Source of the DNA: a virus
Virus record (IMG/VR): IMGVR_UViG_3300047470_000395
Span: 1 to 64,000 of that record
Length of the DNA: 64,000 nucleotides
Direction: 5' to 3' (one strand)
Translations under genes and position numbers: made by a program
Notes under the pieces: model-generated
What the model was told of the DNA's origin: nothing
The model's database searches: none
The model's input: only the letters and a program-made list of their open reading frames with translations
Shown here: in pieces, positions 55,011 to 64,000 of the stretch
Layout: each line of letters begins with the position of its first letter
Numbering within the stretch: the first letter of the stretch is position 1

Positions 55011-55546
55011 TGGCGGACGCGAAGTTCACGCCGAACCAGGGTCTCGAGGAGGCCCTGGCCCGGATGCTCGCCCCGTACGTGCAGCGCATCGCGCACCAGG
55101 TCGAGATCGAGGCAAAGCGCCTGGCCCCGCCAACCAAGCGGTGGGTGACCGTCGGCGACGACAAGGTCCGCCCCACCCACGTCGCGGCCCAGGGCCAGGA
55201 GGTCCCCGGGAACCTGCGCTTCACGATCAACTCCATGCGCTGGGACATGGAACACCGCGGAGTCGGGCCCAGCACGTACATGCTCGAGCCCCGCGACGAG
55301 AGCTCCCGGGCCGTGGCCAACATCAAGAACTGCCGCTGCACCACGCACAAGGACCCGCAGGGCATCGCCCGGCACATCAACACCGGCCAGCCGGTCGTGG
55401 CCGGGAAGAAGGTCACCGTCACCGTGTCCGTGCAGGCCCCCCACGTCGTCGAGGCCGAGGTGGGCACCGTGTACCCGGGCAACCTCCGCGCGGACGGCGC
55501 GCACTTCATGTCCCGCGCGGCCGCGATCGTCGCCGCCCGCCGCTGA
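55010..55546 (+). CDS. HK97 gp10-like neck protein with MuF-like insert
   Basis: EAKRLAP...EVGT...FMSRA frame enclosing WVTVGDDKVRPTH...NCRC. Confidence 0.5.
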   Translation: MADAKFTPNQGLEEALARMLAPYVQRIAHQVEIEAKRLAPPTKRWVTVGDDKVRPTHVAAQGQEVPGNLRFTINSMRWDMEHRGVGPSTYMLEPRDESSRAVANIKNCRCTTHKDPQGIARHINTGQPVVAGKKVTVTVSVQAPHVVEAEVGTVYPGNLRADGAHFMSRAAAIVAARR

Positions 55547-55586
55547 CCGCGCGACACAAGCCGGCCGGGCGCCCACAGTGCCCGGC

Positions 55587-55859
55587 ATGGCTACGAACCC
55601 CACCACCAGGAAGCCCGCCGCCGAGGCGGAGGACAACACCGAGCCGGTCGCCGAGACCGCCGAGGCCCGCCCGGAGCGCGCCCGCCGCACACCCGACGTC
55701 GTCGGCCCGCCCCTTGGCGACGGCGAAAAGCCGGTCACCGTCACCCTGTCCCACCACCTGCGGATCAACGGCACCGACCATCTGCCGGGCGTCGAGATCC
55801 GCGTGTCCCCCGACTACGCCCGCGGCCTGCGCGGTCAGGGCTACGTCGCCCGCACCTGA
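55587..55859 (+). CDS. Small hypothetical virion protein
   Basis: Leaderless ATG after the motif at 55550-55579. Confidence 0.55.
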   Translation: MATNPTTRKPAAEAEDNTEPVAETAEARPERARRTPDVVGPPLGDGEKPVTVTLSHHLRINGTDHLPGVEIRVSPDYARGLRGQGYVART

Positions 55860-56284
55860 TGACCGAGCCGACCCTCGCCGACGCCGACCCGGTCTCCGTG
55901 CTCCTGGCGTGGCTGCAGCAGAGCGACGAGGTCGCCGACGCACTCGGCGGCCCCAATCGCGTGTCCGGCATCGCCGAGGCGCCATGGCCGCACCTGGTCA
56001 TCGACCACGGCGCCGGCGGAGACCTGCGTGACCTGAACTGGGCCATCGCACCGGAGGTGACGCTCGAGGTGCACGGGGACCCGGGCGGCTGGCCGGGGAA
56101 GGCCGAACTGCGGAAGATCCTCATGCGCTGCGCCACGGCCGCCAAGGGCGTCGTCGAGGCGCCGCACACGCCCGGCCAACCCGTCATCAACGGGGTGAAG
56201 CCCTCCGGTCTCCTGGTCTGGTCGCCGCTCGTCAACGGCCAACCCAGGTGGCTGATGAACCTCTCAGTGACCCTGCACCCGTGA
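55859..56284 (+). CDS. Putative tail terminator
   Basis: Synteny just before tail tube; 141 aa. Confidence 0.55.
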   Translation: MTEPTLADADPVSVLLAWLQQSDEVADALGGPNRVSGIAEAPWPHLVIDHGAGGDLRDLNWAIAPEVTLEVHGDPGGWPGKAELRKILMRCATAAKGVVEAPHTPGQPVINGVKPSGLLVWSPLVNGQPRWLMNLSVTLHP

Positions 56285-56357
56285 CGACGCGACGTTAACC
56301 ACTCCCGCTCTCCAAGGTGTCCGCGCCCTGACACCGGACACCTTGGAGAGCCCCGTC

Positions 56358-56951
56358 ATGAGTGGCGAGACGATCAACAACAACGAAATCGTTGTCCCCA
56401 GCATCACCCGCGTCTACCTGGGGCCCGTCGGTACGACTGCGCCCGCCGACGCAACCGTGGCGATGCCCGCCGCTCTGCGGAGCGTCGGCCTCACTACCGA
56501 GGACTCGCTCAAGTTCAACTCCGAACCGAACTTCGAGCAGGTCAAGTCCGCCCAGTCCTCGTACCCGACCCGCACGTTCCAGACCTCCGATGCGGCGACC
56601 ATCGAGGTCGACCTGCAGCAGTGGTCCGGCGAGAACTTCAAGGCCGTGTACGGCGGCGGCGACATCGCCGAGATCACGCCCGCCGGCGGCACCGGCACCC
56701 CCAAGCACTACAAGTTCACGCCGCCGCGGATCGGCTCCCGGACCGAGGTGATGGCTGTGGTCGAGGTCATCGACGGCGGCAAGCACTACCGGTACATCAT
56801 CCCCCGCTGCATGCAGATGGAAGGCGTCGCCTCCGACCTCGCGAAGACCAAGGAGGCCGTGCTCCCGTTGCGCCTGGCCGTCCAGGGCGGCGACGACCTG
56901 GATGCCTTCTACGTCCTCACCGACGACCCCGCGTTCGGCCCCGCGGCGTGA
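56358..56951 (+). CDS. Major tail (tube) protein
   Basis: VYLGPVGTTAP, VGLTTED, RYIIPR; actinophage tail-tube pattern. Confidence 0.75.
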   Translation: MSGETINNNEIVVPSITRVYLGPVGTTAPADATVAMPAALRSVGLTTEDSLKFNSEPNFEQVKSAQSSYPTRTFQTSDAATIEVDLQQWSGENFKAVYGGGDIAEITPAGGTGTPKHYKFTPPRIGSRTEVMAVVEVIDGGKHYRYIIPRCMQMEGVASDLAKTKEAVLPLRLAVQGGDDLDAFYVLTDDPAFGPAA

Positions 56952-57049
56952 CCTCTCGCGGCAGCGCGCGACACAAGCCCCACCGGCTTGGCACTGTCCG
57001 CGCGCTGCCGCACCCCGGCAACCCAGCTACTCAAGAAGAGGTCACCCAC

Positions 57050-57574
57050 ATGTCGTTCGTCATCGACCTGGACGCCGAGCGCCGCGAAGTCCAGTACCCC
57101 GACGGCATCCCCGTGAAGTTCGGCGGGGAACAGTTCATCTTCCCGGCAGAGCTGCCAGCGGAAGCTCTCGACCCGATCCTGTCCGACGAGCTGGACCTGG
57201 TCGGCCTCCTGGGCGACGTCCTCGAATCCTCCGACGGCGACGCCGGAATCAAGGAGATCGTCAACGCCCTCTTCCGGCGCCCGTCCCTGCCGCGGAAGTT
57301 CCTCGCCGCGATCCGCGAGACCTACACGATCCTCCTCGGCGACCAGCACGAGGACTTCCTCCGACAGCGCCCGTACATCGGCGACTACGTCCGCCTGACG
57401 ACCGGTCTCACCAAGGTCTACGGGGTGGAACTGGGAAAGCTCTTTCGGTCTGCCGACTCCTCCGAGAACGCTTCGGAGACGTCGAGTCAGACCTTTCCCG
57501 ATACCACCGAGTCGACGCCCGACGAGTCTGGCTCCGCCCCGGACAGCCCGAATTCATCGGCCTCCGACGGCTGA
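57050..57574 (+). CDS. Tail assembly chaperone (gpG-like)
   Basis: Between tail tube and TMP; slippery GGGAAAG at 57433-57439. Confidence 0.75.
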   Translation: MSFVIDLDAERREVQYPDGIPVKFGGEQFIFPAELPAEALDPILSDELDLVGLLGDVLESSDGDAGIKEIVNALFRRPSLPRKFLAAIRETYTILLGDQHEDFLRQRPYIGDYVRLTTGLTKVYGVELGKLFRSADSSENASETSSQTFPDTTESTPDESGSAPDSPNSSASDG

Positions 57575-57879
57575 TCTCCCTCGTCGACGGTCTGCCCGAC
57601 GACTCCCAGGTCCGCTCTGTCCCCTTCGGAGGCTGGAACCGGTACCTCGAGCTCTTGGCGCTGATCGTCGAGGAGATCGGGCTCCTTGCCGCAGACAAGC
57701 GGCGCGAAGAGCCCACCAGCATCGTTCGCCCGCCGCGCTCCGGCACTGCGACGCGCAGCAGCTCCGGCACCACGCCCCAGCCGCCGCAGCCCGCCCCGGA
57801 ACCGCCGGCGTCCCGCATGACCGGCCACAGACAGATGCTCATGGCGGCCATGCAGAGAGGAATGGTCCGTAGTGGGTGA
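57433..57879 (+). CDS. Tail assembly chaperone -1 frameshift extension (gpT-like)
   Basis: -1 frame open to 57879: VESDLSRYH...LRRLISLVDGLPDDS. Confidence 0.7.
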   Translation, partial: GKALSVCRLLRERFGDVESDLSRYHRVDARRVWLRPGQPEFIGLRRLISLVDGLPDDSQVRSVPFGGWNRYLELLALIVEEIGLLAADKRREEPTSIVRPPRSGTATRSSSGTTPQPPQPAPEPPASRMTGHRQMLMAAMQRGMVRSG

Positions 57880-60800
57880 GGGCCTGCAGGCCGGTCGCCT
57901 CGACGTGCCGGTCGTCGCCGACCTTTCGGGGTTCGCGGCAAAGCTGCGCGCGGAAGTCGAGTCGGCCGCCGAAGGCCTGGCCGCGAAGATCAAGGTCGAG
58001 ATCGACTCCAAGGGCCTACGGCGACGGCTCAAGGACGTGGTCAAGGAGGCGTCCAAGGGCGTCACCGCGAAGATCCGCGTAGAGATCGACGAAGACCGGT
58101 TCCGTGCCTCCCTGGACGGCATCCGCCGCCGCATCGACGACTCCGGCCTGAACCTTCCCGTCAGGCCGGACGGCGACGGCGACGGCTCGAACCGCGGCGG
58201 TCTACTCGCCGGGCTGCGGAACCTGATCACTGGCGCCCAGGGCGAAGCCGACCGGAACCCCGTCAACGTTCCGGTCAACATGCGGATGCCGGGGCGCGGC
58301 CGCGGCTCCCTGCGCATGCTCGGCATCGGCTCCCTCATCTCCCTGCTCGAGCCCGCGGTCGCCCTGATCGGCCAGTACGGCGCCGGCCTGACAGCCCTCG
58401 TGTCCGCGGCCGCGCCCGCGGTCGGTGTCCTGGGAGCGATACCCGGGCTGATCGCCGCGGCAGGCACCGCAGCTATCGGCACGAAGGTCGCGTTCTCCGG
58501 CTTCGGCGACGCGCTCAAGGAGACGCTGAAGATTCAGCAGCAGCAGGCCGCCGGGACCAAGGTCACCAAGGCCGAGCAGCAGAAGCTCGACCAGGCCCTC
58601 GGCAAGCTGTCGAAGTCGGCGCGGGAGACCGTCACCACGGTCGCGAGCCTGTCCGGTGCCTGGCGGGACATGAAGAAGTCCGTCCAAGAACGCTTCTTCT
58701 CCAAGATCGCCGACGAGGTCAAGCCCCTGTCGGAATCGGTCCTCCCTCTCTTCAAGAAGACCCTCGGCGACAGCGCCTCTCAGATGGGCAACCTCGCCAA
58801 GCGGGGCGCCCAGTTCATGCAGACCGGCGTCTTCCGCAGGGACTTCAAGACGATCGCGGGCACCAACTCCCGCGTCGTCGGCAACCTGACCGATGGCCTG
58901 GCCAACATGGGCCACGCCACCATGGACTTCCTGGTGGCTTCCGGACCGTTCGTCGAGCGGGTCGGTCAGGCCGGCGAGAAGTTCACCCAGTGGGTCCGGG
59001 CCTCCGTGAAGGCGGGCCGGGAAACCGGCAGCCTCGCCAAGTTCTTGGACCACGCCGGGGACAAGGCCGCGCAGCTCGGCAGGACCACCGGCAACCTCAT
59101 CAAGGGACTCGGCGGGGTCGGCAAGGCCGCGATGGACAGCGGTAACGCCCTGCTCGACGGCCTCGAGGGCAGCATGCTGCGCTTCACGCGCTGGGCCAAC
59201 TCCGGCGTGGGCCAGAAGGCCATGCAAAATTTCTTCAGCGACGCGGCCCCTGCGTTCCACGAGGTCAACCTCCTTTTCGGGGACCTCATGCGCGGGCTCG
59301 GCCGGTCCATGAAGGACGGCGGGATCACCGACCTCGTACGGCAGATCCGCACGGAACTGATGCCCGCCCTCGGTTCGTTCTTCAACGCCATCGGCCACAG
59401 CGTCGGGCCAGCGGTCATCTCCGTGATCTCGAACCTCGCCACGGCGATCGGGAACGTCTCGGCGGCGGGAAGCGGGCTCGCTGTACTGCTCGTGACCTTC
59501 AACGGGCTGCTGCAGATTTTCAACGGGGTCATGCGCGTGATCCCCGGGGCGAACACGGCACTTGCTGTGTTCCTGGGCACGATGCTCGCCCTCAAGGTGG
59601 TCAGCGGCGTCGCCACGATGCTGCGCGGCTTCGGCACCTCCGTCACCGCCGCGGGCACCTCCGTGCGCACGCTCGGCACCACCATGCGGGGCACGATGGG
59701 CGCTGGCGTCCTCGGCCCGCAGATCACCATGTGGCAGCGGATGGGGCTCGCCTACCAGGGCGCCGCCTCGCAGGGTGGCCGCCTCACCGGGACGCTGCGC
59801 GGGATCGGCGCGGCCAACCGTGTCGCCTCCCGGGCCCTCGGCGGCATCACGTCCGCTCTCGGCGGCCCGCTCGGCATCGCCATCGCTGGCGTCACGATCG
59901 GTCTCGGCTTGCTCGCCTCCAAGCAGGAGGCCGCAGCCCGCGCCGCGGCCGCGCACGAGGAGCGCGTCAACTCCCTCGCGCAGGCCCTGGCGGACTCCAA
60001 CGGCCAGATCGACGCCAACGTTCGCGCCCAGGCCGCGCAGTACCTCCAGGAAATCAAGCTCTCCGATGGCAAGGGCAAGCTCGTCGACGTCATGCGGGAC
60101 GCCGGCGTGAACCTCAAGTCGGTCACGGACGCCTACCTGCAGCAGGGCGGCTCAATCGACGGGCTGCAGAAGAAGCTGACCGGGCTCGCCGATGCCACCA
60201 AGCACTACGTGAACTACGCCGGTGACAAGGCGTCCAAGCTCGAGTACACGCCGCAGGGCGAGAAGTACAAGGCCGCGGCCGACGCCCTCGGGGCGATGAG
60301 TGGCGAGCTGGACAAGTCACGGAAGAAGCAGAAGGAACTAGACCAGGCGGTCAACGGCTCGGCTACTACCGGCACGACGTCGTACGACCGTCTGAATTCC
60401 GCCGTCCAGGGCTTCACCGACAAGACCAAGAGCGCGGACGAGCGAGTCGACGCCCTCAAGCGCGCTCTCAACGAGCTGCAGGGCAACACCCAGTCGTTCC
60501 ACGACGCCGAGACCCAGCTCAACGCCGTGATGCTCCAGATCGACGACACGATGAAGGAGAACATCGACCACGCCGACGGCTGGGGCAAGAAGCTCGTCGA
60601 CAACGACGGGTTGGTCAACACCGCGTCCAAGAACGGGCAGACCCTCAACTCGCAGCTCACGGACCTGCGAGACGGCATGCTCGGCGTGGCTACCCGGGCG
60701 CAGGAAGCCGCGGAGCAGGGCCTCATGCCCATGTCCGAAGCAATGAGCAAGAGCCAGAAGGCGATGGAGCAGGCCCGCGCGAAGGCCATTCAACTCGCCA

Positions 60801-61915
60801 CGGACATGGGCATCCCCAAGGAGCAGGCCAAGGCGCTTGCCGATCAGATGGGGTTCATCCCGGACACCGTCACCACCCTGATCACGGCCCAGGGCATCCC
60901 GGAGGCGACCGCGGAGTTCCTGAGCCTGCGCAGCACCCTGGAGAAGATCCCCGCAGGCAAGGGCGTCCAGATCAAGGCGCCCACGTTTGAGGCCCGCACT
61001 CAGATCGAAGCCCTCGGCTTCAAGGTGCAGCGCATCCCCGGCAGCAAGAACATCGTGGTCACGGCCCCGACCAAGGGCGCGCGCATCAACATCGGCGCCC
61101 TCGCCGCGGACATCGCCAACGCCCCGGACAAGAAGAAGGTCACCGTCCAGGCGATTATCAAGCAGGCCGCCGGCGACCTGAAGAACGTCCAACAGAAGGT
61201 CGCGGGCCTGCCCAAGGGCAAGTCCATCGAGGTCAAGACACCCACGAAGACGGCCCAGGCCGCGCTCAAGGACCTCGGTTACAAGATCAAGACCGTCGAC
61301 GGTTCGCACGGCAAGACCGTCAAGATCACCGCCCCGAACAAGACGCCCATCCAGCAGGTGCAGGCGATCCAGGGGAAGATCAACGGCCTTACCGGCAAGA
61401 CCGTCCACGTCACCGTCAAGTACTCGACGCTGGGCAAGCCGTACGTCTCCCCGAAGGCAGACGGCGGGATCGTCCAATACGCCAACGGTGGCATCCGCCG
61501 CATGGCAGGCCGAGTGAAGGCCTTCGCGAACGGCGCGGAGCAGCACATCGCGCAGATCGCGCAGGCAGGCGAGATGCGCCTGTGGGCGGAGCCCGAGACC
61601 GGCGGGGAGGCCTACATCCCGCTGGCTCCGGGCAAGCGCCGCCGCTCCGAGGCGATCCTCGATCGGGTCGCAGAGATGTTCGGCGGCCGCGTCGTCTACT
61701 TCGCCAACGGCGCGATGCGCCAGTACGCACAGGGCGCCGTACGGACGCGCGCCTCCACCGTCCGGCAGCGAGCGGCGGCCGCGCAGGCGGCGGGAGCGCT
61801 CGTCGGCGGTGACCTCAACCTGAACATCGGTGCGGTCGCATCGACTGGAACCGCCCTGGAGGACGCCATGTTCGAGCTGCGCCGTATCCGACTCGGAGGG
61901 GGAGCCAATGCGTGA
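57872..61915 (+). CDS. Tape measure protein
   Basis: 1347 aa, Ala/Gly-rich helical, follows the chaperones; C-terminal ADGG/ANGG and AEPETGGEAYIPL. Confidence 0.9.
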   Translation: MGEGLQAGRLDVPVVADLSGFAAKLRAEVESAAEGLAAKIKVEIDSKGLRRRLKDVVKEASKGVTAKIRVEIDEDRFRASLDGIRRRIDDSGLNLPVRPDGDGDGSNRGGLLAGLRNLITGAQGEADRNPVNVPVNMRMPGRGRGSLRMLGIGSLISLLEPAVALIGQYGAGLTALVSAAAPAVGVLGAIPGLIAAAGTAAIGTKVAFSGFGDALKETLKIQQQQAAGTKVTKAEQQKLDQALGKLSKSARETVTTVASLSGAWRDMKKSVQERFFSKIADEVKPLSESVLPLFKKTLGDSASQMGNLAKRGAQFMQTGVFRRDFKTIAGTNSRVVGNLTDGLANMGHATMDFLVASGPFVERVGQAGEKFTQWVRASVKAGRETGSLAKFLDHAGDKAAQLGRTTGNLIKGLGGVGKAAMDSGNALLDGLEGSMLRFTRWANSGVGQKAMQNFFSDAAPAFHEVNLLFGDLMRGLGRSMKDGGITDLVRQIRTELMPALGSFFNAIGHSVGPAVISVISNLATAIGNVSAAGSGLAVLLVTFNGLLQIFNGVMRVIPGANTALAVFLGTMLALKVVSGVATMLRGFGTSVTAAGTSVRTLGTTMRGTMGAGVLGPQITMWQRMGLAYQGAASQGGRLTGTLRGIGAANRVASRALGGITSALGGPLGIAIAGVTIGLGLLASKQEAAARAAAAHEERVNSLAQALADSNGQIDANVRAQAAQYLQEIKLSDGKGKLVDVMRDAGVNLKSVTDAYLQQGGSIDGLQKKLTGLADATKHYVNYAGDKASKLEYTPQGEKYKAAADALGAMSGELDKSRKKQKELDQAVNGSATTGTTSYDRLNSAVQGFTDKTKSADERVDALKRALNELQGNTQSFHDAETQLNAVMLQIDDTMKENIDHADGWGKKLVDNDGLVNTASKNGQTLNSQLTDLRDGMLGVATRAQEAAEQGLMPMSEAMSKSQKAMEQARAKAIQLATDMGIPKEQAKALADQMGFIPDTVTTLITAQGIPEATAEFLSLRSTLEKIPAGKGVQIKAPTFEARTQIEALGFKVQRIPGSKNIVVTAPTKGARINIGALAADIANAPDKKKVTVQAIIKQAAGDLKNVQQKVAGLPKGKSIEVKTPTKTAQAALKDLGYKIKTVDGSHGKTVKITAPNKTPIQQVQAIQGKINGLTGKTVHVTVKYSTLGKPYVSPKADGGIVQYANGGIRRMAGRVKAFANGAEQHIAQIAQAGEMRLWAEPETGGEAYIPLAPGKRRRSEAILDRVAEMFGGRVVYFANGAMRQYAQGAVRTRASTVRQRAAAAQAAGALVGGDLNLNIGAVASTGTALEDAMFELRRIRLGGGANA

Positions 61916-62951
61916 CGGCGAATGGGTCCTCGGCTACTCCCCTTATGACAACTACCCGGGCGCGTCGCTGACGTTCGGCCGCGAGAGGTCCGGCATCTAC
62001 TGCCTGAGCGAGCCGGACGTCACGTTCGCCGACATGGACCTTTCCGACGCGGCTTTGCCCGGCGAGGACGGTATCCGCATGGGCCGCGACTACCAGCGGA
62101 ACGCCACGGTCACGTTCGAGCTGGGCGTCGACGGCGTAGGGGGACCGATTGACCGGCACTGGCCCATGCGCCCGTGGACGCGAGGGACCCGGGTCGGTGA
62201 CTGGACCGACATCGAGGCGGTGCTCGCCGCCTACAACAAGAAGGACCAGGGGCCGCATCAGTGGGGACTCGACGGCCTGAACATGCTGCGGCAGGTGTGG
62301 CGGGCCGACTCCACCCGTGGGAAGGCCGGCCGCGTCGCCTGGCTCGTACACAGCTCCGGAGGGCGCACCCGCCAGATGTACGGGCGCCCGAGGAAGTTCG
62401 CTGTCTCCCATTCCCGGCTGAGCCGCCAGGGGTACACGCCCGTCGTCTGCGAGTTCGTCGCCGTCGACGATCGCTTCTACGAGCAGACAGAGAAAGAGGT
62501 CGAGCTCTACGACCACCTGTTCCTTGGACTGCCGCCGCGGCCCGGCCGAGTGTCGGGCGGCGGCTGGCTGTTCCAGTCGAAGAAGACCGCGTCATTCCAG
62601 CAGCGCGGCACGCTCAACACGTACCCGTACATCGAGATCCACGGGCCGTGTAAGAACCCGAAGGTCACGCTGACCCCGGAACTGTGGGCGGTGCAGCTCA
62701 ACATGACGATCGGCGTCGACGAGCACGTCACCATCGACGCCCGCCCGTGGGCGCGGACGGTCACTCACTACAAGGGCTCGACGTCGAAGTCGGTGGCGGA
62801 CAAGCTGACGCGGTCGAGTCCGCGGCTGTCGCAGATGTTCATCCCGCCCGGGTACTGGACGGCTTCGCTGGCCTACACGAAGTCGACGGTCCGCGCGTTC
62901 GAGGGGCCGCGGATCCGGATCGCCTATCGCGACGCGTACTCCTGGTGGTGA
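61908..62951 (+). CDS. Distal tail (Dit)-like minor tail protein
   Basis: Follows TMP; MYGRPRKF, IHGPCKNP, TIDARPW. Confidence 0.65.
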   Translation: MRDGEWVLGYSPYDNYPGASLTFGRERSGIYCLSEPDVTFADMDLSDAALPGEDGIRMGRDYQRNATVTFELGVDGVGGPIDRHWPMRPWTRGTRVGDWTDIEAVLAAYNKKDQGPHQWGLDGLNMLRQVWRADSTRGKAGRVAWLVHSSGGRTRQMYGRPRKFAVSHSRLSRQGYTPVVCEFVAVDDRFYEQTEKEVELYDHLFLGLPPRPGRVSGGGWLFQSKKTASFQQRGTLNTYPYIEIHGPCKNPKVTLTPELWAVQLNMTIGVDEHVTIDARPWARTVTHYKGSTSKSVADKLTRSSPRLSQMFIPPGYWTASLAYTKSTVRAFEGPRIRIAYRDAYSWW

Positions 62952-63014
62952 GCACGCGACAGTAGGCGCCGCGGCCGCCCACTCTCTCCTCTCCCTTATG
63001 GAGAAGGAGAACGG

Positions 63015-63984
63015 CATGACGTGGGACGGCATCCCCTGGTTCGTCGAGGGCACCGCAGCGTCCGAGGAGACGATGCGCCTGATCGTCGAGGCGGCCGTGT
63101 CTGGCGGAGAGGGCGTCATCGGCCCCGCTGACCTCCTGGTGACGGCGCTGGACGCCCCGGCCGGCGCGGTCCAGGTGGCACCGGGGGCCATAGTGGCGAA
63201 GCGCCGCGCGGCCGCGGGCGGCGGGAACCAGTCCTACGCGGCACGGATGCCCACGCTTGAGCAGGTGGACATCGAGCCGACTGCCGCCGACGGAGGCAGG
63301 TCGGATCTGATCATCGCCAGGGTGGAGGACCCCTACGGCGGGGAGACTTGGCCGGCGCCCGAAGACCCGACGGTCGGCCCGTACGTCTTCACCCGAGTCA
63401 TCCCCGACGTGCCGCAAGGCACCACGAGCATCCTCGACATCGACCCCGACTCCACCGCCATCACCCTGGCCCGGGTCGACGTGCCAGCGGGGACGACCAA
63501 CATCACCGCTGGCATGGTCACCAACCTGCGGCAAATCGCGCGGCCGCGGGCGCAGGCCTCGCGTCGGTACCTGCCCGGCGCCTGGTCGACCCCGGACGAC
63601 GTCGGCCCCATCACCGACGGGTGGGAGATGTTCCCGCTCGGTGCGACGTGGACGGAGAAGGTGCCGGAGTGGGCGACGCACGTGGCCGTGCACGTGTCCA
63701 TCACGGGCCTGCTCCACCCCGACGCGACGGAGGCCCGCGGCCAGGTACGGGTGTCCTTCGGCGAGCAGCACGGGGTGGGCATGCCGTACGGGGCCACCCA
63801 GGCGGGCCGGCTCGCCGTCCAGGCCGGGCACAAGTTCCTCCTCGACCCGGCCGACCGCGGGCAGATGCGGGACATCGACATCGAGGGCATCGGCACCGCG
63901 GGCTTCACCGGTGTGCTGCGCGCCGACGCGTACACGGTGCTGTCGCTCGAGGTGACCTACTCGCAAGAGCCGGTGAGTGCCTGA
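63015..63984 (+). CDS. Minor tail protein
   Basis: AAGGAG RBS; RSDLIIARVEDP, ITLARVDVPA...IT typical of actinophage minor tail proteins. Confidence 0.65.
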
Positions 63985-64000
63985 TGGCCTGGCGGTACAT

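Larger units (their letters stand above)
1..64000. mobile_element. Large Streptomyces siphovirus-like prophage or phage-plasmid; both ends lie outside the window
   Basis: Terminase, portal, capsid and tail module plus TraB, recombinases and plasmid-type genes; no host housekeeping genes. Confidence 0.8.

Overview
Very GC-rich, Streptomyces-type DNA that reads as one large temperate siphovirus-like element with plasmid traits (a candidate conjugative phage-plasmid or prophage). No rRNA, tRNA or CRISPR array was seen. The terminase large subunit (80-1876) is separated from the portal by about 28 kb of accessory DNA. That interval holds a degenerate tyrosine recombinase, dCTP deaminase, a KfrA-like coiled-coil gene with a 23-bp inverted repeat, a TraB/FtsK translocase with an Spd-like gene, RusA, a Cre-like recombinase, an XRE/DUF397/HATPase locus and a five-gene radical SAM / two DnaQ-like / kinase / Nudix operon. 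From 29.3 kb to the end lies a morphogenesis module: portal-MuF fusion, SNase, a ~3,820-aa giant protein, Rmf-like protein, protease-Nudix polyprotein, HK97 capsid, metallophosphoesterase, GP88, IPT protein, PGA hydrolase, neck, tail tube, frameshifted tail chaperone, tape measure and Dit. Three hidden patterns stand out. (1) About 12 copies of a late-promoter-like motif, CGCGAC-nnWAR...N19-CAnnnT, often followed by a leaderless start. (2) Four copies of an 18-bp palindrome with an oriented tail (parS-like or recombination sites). (3) A recurrent E-x-K-[S/A] motif in the head proteins, suggesting protease-processed cargo. All product calls come from motif recognition by eye; no database searches were run.
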